Source: a virus (Duplodnaviria; Caudoviricetes). Taken from it: a stretch of 26,897 bases of DNA. Location: IMG/VR virus record IMGVR_UViG_3300027186_000022, positions 1 through 26,897 of that record. One strand, given 5' to 3'. The translations under genes and the position numbers were made by a program. Of the stretch, positions 20,505 through 26,897 are shown one piece after another (the first letter of the stretch is position 1; each line of letters begins with the position of its first letter). The notes beneath the pieces were generated by a model. It was given only the letters and a program-made list of their open reading frames with translations. It had not been told where the DNA came from and searched no databases.

Positions 20505-22003
20505 GGCGTAAATCTCTTTCCTCTATTCTCAATTGCATTACCAATAGGTTCAAATCCAAATCTAGATGAAGCGGATTTCTTCGCAGTCCTACCAACTGAT
20601 GGTGGAGTCTTTGTTTTATATTGTGGATTGAGTCTTTCTTCTGCAACAAGAGTCGAACCAATAGTATTACGAGATGCCGAGTTTCGAAACGCAGAACGAA
20701 TCTCTTGGGTTGTCGGAATCTTATCGAATACGTTTTTATAGTCATCTGATAACAGGGTTTTGGTCAATAATACATCTCCACCATCAACCACAACTGTTCT
20801 GATTGCATAGTCACCATTGACCGCTTGACCTATTACCCACTCACCAGTAATTTGTGCTTGACCAAGACCCGAACTCGGATATTGAAATTCCTCTGCAAAT
20901 ATAGGAGTATGTGTACTTGCACTTAACAGGTCGGGTGGTGTGAATGTTGCCGAACCCACCGCAGCAGTACCAGCGGTTACTGCGGTCTTCGCAGCTTTTG
21001 CATTCTGTGCATAGTATGACCTAAGTGAAAGATCAGCGAAGTTTGCGTTATTCGCTTTCCATGCTTCAGACGCCTTACCAAAGAACGTACCATAGAAGTT
21101 CGCACCTGAGTTAAACTCAACAGGGCCTTCGCCACCTTGGAATACGTTACCTGTAAAGTCAACCATTCTACCACCGATTGCACCCTTTTGTCCCATAACA
21201 GAAACATACTTCGCACCAGTGATGTTTGCATTCTTACTCGTGATTGCAACTGCTTCCTTACCTGACACGAGGATATTGTCCTCCGCAGCAATCTCAATAT
21301 TACCCTCAACAAAATTCTTTTGGTCTAACTTGACAAACTGATTGTGGTCTGCTAACATAACATCTGTAACGGTACTCAAGGTTCTGTTTGTCTTGGTCTT
21401 CTTAACAGTCTCTTCACGATTACCTGTTGTGATGGTTCGATGATTCTGTTGAATCTCTTCACGTAGACTACCACCAACATTGACATTGTAGTTACCACCC
21501 ACGTCAACATTGTAGTCACCAGTCACCTTCATGTTCAAGTTACCTTGATACACGAGATTACCATTACCCTCAATGATGACAGTCTGGTCACCACCAGTCA
21601 CTTCGACCTTGTTGTTTACTGCGGAAATGATAACAGAACCATCTGCCCTCATCTCCACACCCGCACCTGTACGATGTTTGATCAGTACTCGTTCACCGCC
21701 AGGCGTGTCATCCTGTTCGATTACATGACCCGACACAGTTTCCTGTACTTGGTTGAACGGATATTCGGAAGGACGTTGTGACTGTATCCCCAAAGATACA
21801 CCAATGTCACCACCCCCAACATAGAGGTTATTCGTCTTGGAACCACGAGATGCCTTATTGATTGATGACCCATAGTTATACTCACGTTTGGGGTACTCAC
21901 CAGTAGGGTCTTGCATTCCATCACTAGGAACACCCAGAGTATTCTCTGTACCTTCACCGATCTTATCGACTCTTAGGTCAAAATTGTCTTTCTTAGTTGT
22001 CAC
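20501..22003 (-). CDS. gp5: Tail spike, T4 gp5 C-terminal (beta-helix) moiety
   Basis: 500 aa, GTG start overlapping the upstream TGA. 'DPTGEYP', 'YPFNQV.ET.SGHVIE.DDTPGGER....HRTG...E...DG' followed by V.G.YN..V.G octapeptide beta-helix repeats. Confidence 0.85.
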   Translation of the reverse strand: MTTKKDNFDLRVDKIGEGTENTLGVPSDGMQDPTGEYPKREYNYGSSINKASRGSKTNNLYVGGGDIGVSLGIQSQRPSEYPFNQVQETVSGHVIEQDDTPGGERVLIKHRTGAGVEMRADGSVIISAVNNKVEVTGGDQTVIIEGNGNLVYQGNLNMKVTGDYNVDVGGNYNVNVGGSLREEIQQNHRTITTGNREETVKKTKTNRTLSTVTDVMLADHNQFVKLDQKNFVEGNIEIAAEDNILVSGKEAVAITSKNANITGAKYVSVMGQKGAIGGRMVDFTGNVFQGGEGPVEFNSGANFYGTFFGKASEAWKANNANFADLSLRSYYAQNAKAAKTAVTAGTAAVGSATFTPPDLLSASTHTPIFAEEFQYPSSGLGQAQITGEWVIGQAVNGDYAIRTVVVDGGDVLLTKTLLSDDYKNVFDKIPTTQEIRSAFRNSASRNTIGSTLVAEERLNPQYKTKTPPSVGRTAKKSASSRFGFEPIGNAIENRGKRFTP

Positions 22004-24057
22004 TTATTCATCTCCGATGGACTCAATGGCGCAGAATTTAATGGGTCACCTATTTTATTCTCTTTTCTGAATACCGACTCAATATAATCCTGTACATCAA
22101 AGTATGGGTCAAATTCACTTGCATCAATGTCGTTGTGTCCAAACACTTGTCCGCCTGGATATCTACGATAATAACTATTGACAAACTTTTCTAATGTGGT
22201 AAACTGTTCTCTAGTAAACGATTGTGCAGACCTATAGTCTGTAGGGTTGTTATCACCCGAAGAAACATTCAGTCCACCCACCATTGCAATACCTATAGAG
22301 TATGTATCATGGCCATTGACCACAGCGTGTTCACCGATACGGTTAACTGGTCTACCACGTTGCAGTCTACCATCTCTACGAATCACATAATGGTATCCAA
22401 TACCCTCATGTCCCAACTCTACTTGTAGGTTATTTATCTCAACCGCACCTATATCTTTATTGGTGTATGTCTCGGTTGCATGGATAACCAACTCTGTGAT
22501 TTGACGGAAGACATTACCAAATTCCGCATCAAGTTCCTCGACAGATGATACCATAGTGAACATATCATCTGGACTACTCTTGCCACTCCATTTCGCTGAC
22601 TGATCAATTGGTTCTGCAACATCAAACAAGTTAGCACTAACAACAAAGGAACCACTAATGGTAGTATCCAAATCACTCATCTGTTGTTCAATAGATGATA
22701 TTTCTTGTACCGCAATCGCAATCTCTGATTCTGGGATACCTCGTCTTCTCGCTTCCTCTTGCATCTTTATTTGCATATCTAAGGTAGTAGAAGTATTAGG
22801 GTCATCACCAAGAACTTCTTTCATGCGGTCTGATACATTAGGTGACTTGGACACAAGAGTCTTAACACCCTCCTTCTTATCCTTACTATTACCCGAATTA
22901 AACTGTTCCAGTATCGCAATTCGTTCTTGTTCTGATGATGATATCCCGCCAGGAACCAGATTCTCAATGAAAGATGATGCAGCACCAGTTAGTGATTCTG
23001 CAACATTTTGTAGAACACCAGACAAACCCCTATTACTTCTACCATCAAAACCAGTGTTGAAGTTATCCGCTCCTTCCTTAAATTTATCTAACGAACTAGA
23101 AACATTTTTCACATCAGTATCTACAATACCAGCGGCAGTACCCAACTCTGGTATTTCGGATTTAAGTCCCTGTTTTTTATCGGTCAGTCCATCTAGGTTA
23201 GTGGAATTTACAACAGAGTCTGTCGCTTTCTGAATCAACTTGCCAGGCAATGCTTGTGCTTCATCAATTGCATCAGTTACAGTTGAAACTGCATCATTTA
23301 TAGCTGCAATGGGTGCAATCGAACTTAATGTGTTCGCCAGATTACCCGAAAACTTTAGATTACTCATGGAAGGTCTAGACAGGAAATTACCGCCAATAGA
23401 ACTAGGAGGTCTCAGTGCTTCGGTAATATTCGTGAAGGTTTCTATTTCTGCGAAGTCTAACGATTTCTTATTCTCCGCAATACCTTGACATTTTGCAATA
23501 CTCTCCGCAGTACCATCACACACAACCGCAAGTGCAGAAGTCGGGTTGGTCGCTTTAAGTGCTGGAAGTCCTGTTAATGATGTAACAGATGTTGTCTTAG
23601 AACCAAACGAACGAGCGGGGTCGGTTATATCACGACCAGCACTCTGGGTTATCGTAAGATTACCAGAACCATCAGAGTCTATTGTTTGAGTTTTCTCCAC
23701 TAGACTACCATCCGAGTCAGTTGGCACTTTCAAACGAAGAAAATTACCATCTGAGTCGAGTACAGTATCACTTGTTGTTGATGTGTTATTCCCCTGTATA
23801 CCAGTAATTCCATTAATGTTGTCGGTGAACTGTCCTACCGAACTGTTGATAACCTCTTCCGAAGAGTTTGTAGATTGACCTAGTGTCTTTATACCAGCGA
23901 CTTCTAGACCATTTTCTTGACCAATGATAGTATTACGTTTCGCAAAACGTTCTTCGATTGCCCTTCTACTAGAACGAAGATGTGTCGCCTCTAGACTATG
24001 TTTCTTTCTGTTCTCGGAACCGAGATTAACATTCAAATTTGTTTTATCAAGTGACAT
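22000..24057 (-). CDS. Virion-associated protein with a C-terminal N-acetylmuramoyl-L-alanine amidase (T7 lysozyme / Amidase_2 type)
   Basis: 685 aa. The last ~165 aa read 'LVIHAT...IGYHYVIRRDGRLQRGRP....GEHA...SIGIAMVGG...FTREQF..L...YP...VFGHND......DPYFDV', co-linear with T7 lysozyme. The N-terminal ~520 aa are S/T/D/G-rich and unassigned. Confidence 0.85.
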   Translation of the reverse strand: MSLDKTNLNVNLGSENRKKHSLEATHLRSSRRAIEERFAKRNTIIGQENGLEVAGIKTLGQSTNSSEEVINSSVGQFTDNINGITGIQGNNTSTTSDTVLDSDGNFLRLKVPTDSDGSLVEKTQTIDSDGSGNLTITQSAGRDITDPARSFGSKTTSVTSLTGLPALKATNPTSALAVVCDGTAESIAKCQGIAENKKSLDFAEIETFTNITEALRPPSSIGGNFLSRPSMSNLKFSGNLANTLSSIAPIAAINDAVSTVTDAIDEAQALPGKLIQKATDSVVNSTNLDGLTDKKQGLKSEIPELGTAAGIVDTDVKNVSSSLDKFKEGADNFNTGFDGRSNRGLSGVLQNVAESLTGAASSFIENLVPGGISSSEQERIAILEQFNSGNSKDKKEGVKTLVSKSPNVSDRMKEVLGDDPNTSTTLDMQIKMQEEARRRGIPESEIAIAVQEISSIEQQMSDLDTTISGSFVVSANLFDVAEPIDQSAKWSGKSSPDDMFTMVSSVEELDAEFGNVFRQITELVIHATETYTNKDIGAVEINNLQVELGHEGIGYHYVIRRDGRLQRGRPVNRIGEHAVVNGHDTYSIGIAMVGGLNVSSGDNNPTDYRSAQSFTREQFTTLEKFVNSYYRRYPGGQVFGHNDIDASEFDPYFDVQDYIESVFRKENKIGDPLNSAPLSPSEMNK

Positions 24058-24920
24058 TATGAAATCCTATCTACTAAGTTAAGTGCATTTCTTTCAATCT
24101 CTTTGATTGATACACTGTCTGGTTTGCCCAAGTAGTACTTACTGACTATGTAACATATACCTTTATTCTCAAGTTTATCTGAGTTGAGAAGTCTAATGTT
24201 TGTACTAGATTGTGTACCATTTAATTCAAATGCGACAAAGGATAACTGAATCAAAAATTCGTTATAATCGTTAGAGAATTTTTGTAACTCTGAGTATCGG
24301 AGTTTCGTGAATGCCCCTATCCCATTTGAATCTGAACTAACACCTGTCTTAAAACCAGAAACAAAACTGAGTGCAGCAGTTAAACCTATAGATTGTTTAA
24401 CCGAATAACCTAGATTTAAGAAGAACGATACCGCAGTCTTTTCCCTATTTTGTTTTACAAGCAAAGAGATGTCACCAGTTGTTTCGTTTTGTATATCGAT
24501 GTTTTTGGGTGAGGATTCTGTCGCAACATTATCCCAAACAACTTCTGGTTTGTTATCTGCATCCAAGGAGACTTCTGTTTGACCTATTTGTACTGTAGTA
24601 GGATATTCGATATGTGGAAGTGAACCAAGTATAATAGGTGTCTGTGAGTTTACTCCATCCATAAACATACCAAATACCAATGCACTTGGTTGTAGTTGTG
24701 GCATTCGTCCGATACCAGATGCACCGCCTTCGGTAGTAGGAACCATGCATTGTGCCCAAGGTAGATCGGACTGAGGAATTAGTCGGGTGGATTCTGTGTG
24801 TAATCCGTGAACACGAATCTTCACTCGTCCCTCATAACCATATGGGGGTGATGCATCAATCACAGTTGCAACGAACCATCGTGTGTTATCACCATAGAAC
24901 TCAGATAGAATTGGATTCAT
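24057..24920 (-). CDS. gp5: Tail spike, T4 gp5 N-terminal OB-fold moiety fused to a degenerate phage tail lysozyme-like domain
   Basis: 287 aa. 'WFVATV.D..P....GRVKIRVHGLH.......DLPWA....P......SGIG........VFG.F.DG...Q.P.ILGSLP' is the gp5 OB domain. The C-terminal 'FF...GYS..Q..G', 'R...L..F' and 'QL.FV..EL' resemble the Phage_lysozyme2 family. Confidence 0.85.
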   Translation of the reverse strand: MNPILSEFYGDNTRWFVATVIDASPPYGYEGRVKIRVHGLHTESTRLIPQSDLPWAQCMVPTTEGGASGIGRMPQLQPSALVFGMFMDGVNSQTPIILGSLPHIEYPTTVQIGQTEVSLDADNKPEVVWDNVATESSPKNIDIQNETTGDISLLVKQNREKTAVSFFLNLGYSVKQSIGLTAALSFVSGFKTGVSSDSNGIGAFTKLRYSELQKFSNDYNEFLIQLSFVAFELNGTQSSTNIRLLNSDKLENKGICYIVSKYYLGKPDSVSIKEIERNALNLVDRIS

Positions 24921-26278
24921 TATGGAAGTTTCTCCAGTTTACAAACATTCATCGACACGGTGTGTTGTGTCCCTTGGAATGTGTGTCTTGTATCATAGAT
25001 AATAAAATCACCTGACTTCGCCTTATCTACCAAATCGTCTGGTGATGCAATTTTAGATTGTTCAATATTATCATTCACGATTTTTAGATTAACTATATCA
25101 CCAACACCAGCTTTTGAGATGATGAAACCAGCACCTTCGACAACCACATTTAACATATTTTTATACAAATGATTCAGTACTGACCTTCGTTCTAATTTCT
25201 TTTTAAGTTTTGTTCCATCGTATTCATCGTGGTACGACTTAAATCTACCGTAAGTACCCGAAGAAGTGACAGTATGGTAGACATGAGAACTGTGTTCATC
25301 TATAATCTTGTCACCTATCTTCATCTCTGCATCAAACACGTTCTGATTTGCACCAATAAAACTATGTTGTTCTAGATTATCTAGAACATTTTTTATTGAG
25401 TGTTTACTCTTGGATATCCTACCAGTATTAATATTGGTATTCTGCATAGTAGAAGCAATTGCGCCCTGTTGAATCAAGTTTAGAGTATTTGCTTGTTTTG
25501 ATACCATGAGCGCCTTAATCGTGAAGGTCTTCTCAAACTCTGTCTGGTCTTCTGCGCCAGCAATGTTTGCTGGATTATACACATAAGGTAACTTTGAGTT
25601 GAACGCCTTTTGTGACAACATCGCATCTAGATTACCCAGTCTTAAATTTTTATCATGCATTGATGCATATGTAAAGAATGGCGAACCTGTGACTGTGGTC
25701 GCACGTTTGGTCAACCAATCTACTGCATCAATTGGTGTCAGATTAGGAATGATACCTTTCATATTTGATTGTAACGGAAGGTTTCGTTTTCCATTAGGTA
25801 AGAATAGATACGATAAGTCAATGTCAAGACCCATCTCTGTTGCAAGCATCTTAATTAAGATTTCATCAATACGACCATTGAATGATTTGCTGATTTTCTT
25901 GAGAGACGATAGAAATGCGTGTTCATCTAATAATGTAAACAAGAGTACACTAGACTTTCCATTATCGTTAGACTTAATAGAACGTTCGATACCTGTCATA
26001 ATGAATGTACGTTCCATGACCACATCAAGATTGTTATCAACCGAGGACATCTTAATCGACAATCTCTCGGTTCCTTGAAAGGATATTGTGTCGAATAACG
26101 CTTTATCATCAAGAAGGACAACCTGACCTGATAGATAAGGTTTATCTAAACTTTCGAATAAACTAAGTTCCACAACAGAAGTCTTTACGTCAAAGGATGA
26201 AACATCTCCGCCCCCAAAACGATCAGCGGTGATTAGTGCTTCAATAATTTTATACTGTTGAGACTTCGAGGTCTTCAT
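24920..26278 (-). CDS. Probable baseplate hub protein (gp27 / phage late-control-D-like)
   Basis: 452 aa between gp53 and gp5. 'V.EL.LFESL.KPYLSG.V.L.D......I...G.E.L.I', 'IIPN..P..A..WL..RA....G.PF', 'VGD.VNL', 'SG.FII...RH' fit hub proteins. The assignment rests largely on position. Confidence 0.6.
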   Translation of the reverse strand: MKTSKSQQYKIIEALITADRFGGGDVSSFDVKTSVVELSLFESLDKPYLSGQVVLLDDKALFDTISFQGTERLSIKMSSVDNNLDVVMERTFIMTGIERSIKSNDNGKSSVLLFTLLDEHAFLSSLKKISKSFNGRIDEILIKMLATEMGLDIDLSYLFLPNGKRNLPLQSNMKGIIPNLTPIDAVDWLTKRATTVTGSPFFTYASMHDKNLRLGNLDAMLSQKAFNSKLPYVYNPANIAGAEDQTEFEKTFTIKALMVSKQANTLNLIQQGAIASTMQNTNINTGRISKSKHSIKNVLDNLEQHSFIGANQNVFDAEMKIGDKIIDEHSSHVYHTVTSSGTYGRFKSYHDEYDGTKLKKKLERRSVLNHLYKNMLNVVVEGAGFIISKAGVGDIVNLKIVNDNIEQSKIASPDDLVDKAKSGDFIIYDTRHTFQGTQHTVSMNVCKLEKLP

Positions 26279-26897
26279 TAGACACCTTTATGGAAATTAT
26301 TAAACTCTGACACAACTTTTTCGATTACACTTGGTTTCAATATAATAATTTGTTTCAAGTCATCCTGTTTTCGTTCTACACGTTCACGATATGTCACTGC
26401 TGTTAGGTTTCCAATATTACCGAAGTCGTATAACGGAACATCCTGATAAAGACCCTTAGCGTCTTCGTAGTGATGAACAGCATCATATTGTTTTGACTCT
26501 TTAATCAGTGTAGCAGTAAAAACCTCACCCTCTGCGGATGTGTAAATTAAGGTTTCGTTCTGACCGAAGTTTTCTAGATTTGGTAACTTACCAAAGAGAG
26601 CGCCAGGGGTCAAGGAAGTGTCAATCACTAGTTGACCAAGGTCTGGGATACGTCTAACCACACGTCCTACTGTACCACTCTGTGTACCAGTAACAACCTG
26701 TCCTACAGGAAAGGAGTTTGATATGTCAGTGTTGGTAGTCACGATGCGGTACGGATACTTTGCCTTTATAGCATCCAACACTTGATGTTGTACTACGGGC
26801 CAACCAGACGAACGTATTGAGTCATTCATCAAAAAGAATGTCCAGTAGTAATCGGTTGTTCCATAGAGTCTGTAAGATAGTGTGTCGGGTCTATCAC
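26278..26897 (-). CDS. gp53: Baseplate wedge subunit, T4 gp53-like (5' end outside the window)
   Basis: The frame is open beyond the ATG given at 26832, to the window edge: DRPDTLSYRLYGTTDYYWTFFLMND.....WP (LysM-like gp53 motif), later 'AVHHYED' and 'VTY.E......D..KQI.ILKP..I..V..EF'. Confidence 0.88.
   Translation of the reverse strand, partial: DRPDTLSYRLYGTTDYYWTFFLMNDSIRSSGWPVVQHQVLDAIKAKYPYRIVTTNTDISNSFPVGQVVTGTQSGTVGRVVRRIPDLGQLVIDTSLTPGALFGKLPNLENFGQNETLIYTSAEGEVFTATLIKESKQYDAVHHYEDAKGLYQDVPLYDFGNIGNLTAVTYRERVERKQDDLKQIIILKPSVIEKVVSEFNNFHKGV

Noticed and set aside
26278-26832. ATG at 26832 as the start of gp53
   Set aside because: The frame stays open to the window edge and encodes the conserved DRPDTLSYRLYG motif upstream, so the true start lies outside the window.
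1-26897. tRNA/rRNA genes, introns, inteins, homing endonucleases, stop-codon recoding
   Set aside because: Standard-code ORFs tile the minus strand with gaps under about 65 nt. No such motifs or interrupted conserved genes were seen apart from the gp5 split.

Overview
The window is a tightly packed, minus-strand late (virion structural) region of a T4-like myovirus. Gene content resembles marine T4-like phages; the host cannot be determined from the sequence. Reading right to left in transcription order: gp53-like wedge (partial), probable baseplate hub, a tail-spike locus split into gp5 N-terminal (OB fold plus degenerate lysozyme), a long protein ending in a T7-lysozyme-type amidase, gp5 C-terminal spike and a degenerate M15-peptidase-like ORF. 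These are followed by gp25, gp6, a short gp7-like gene, gp9/10-like, gp8, a 1743-aa VrlC-like protein, a small ORF and an 'AINEL' repeat stalk protein. Next come two paralogous tetrapeptide-repeat proteins, an unknown ORF, a GT-A glycosyltransferase, a 2OG-Fe(II)-oxygenase-like ORF, an Ig-like adaptor and a partial fibre protein. Three perfect T4-type late promoters (TATAAATA) are present. The most striking observation is in the two repeat proteins (2866-7616). They are built from two classes of 4-residue unit, xG(N/D)(F/Y) and xR(T/N)(S/R), arranged in mirror-complementary order like the arms of an RNA stem-loop. One predicts a single ~400-residue antiparallel beta-hairpin; the other predicts a branched pair of hairpins with unrelated domains at the tips. 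They sit next to candidate protein-modifying enzymes, and the virion proteins are enriched in an Asp-Ser-Asp motif. All family assignments come from motif recognition by eye; no searches were run, and counts are approximate hand counts.
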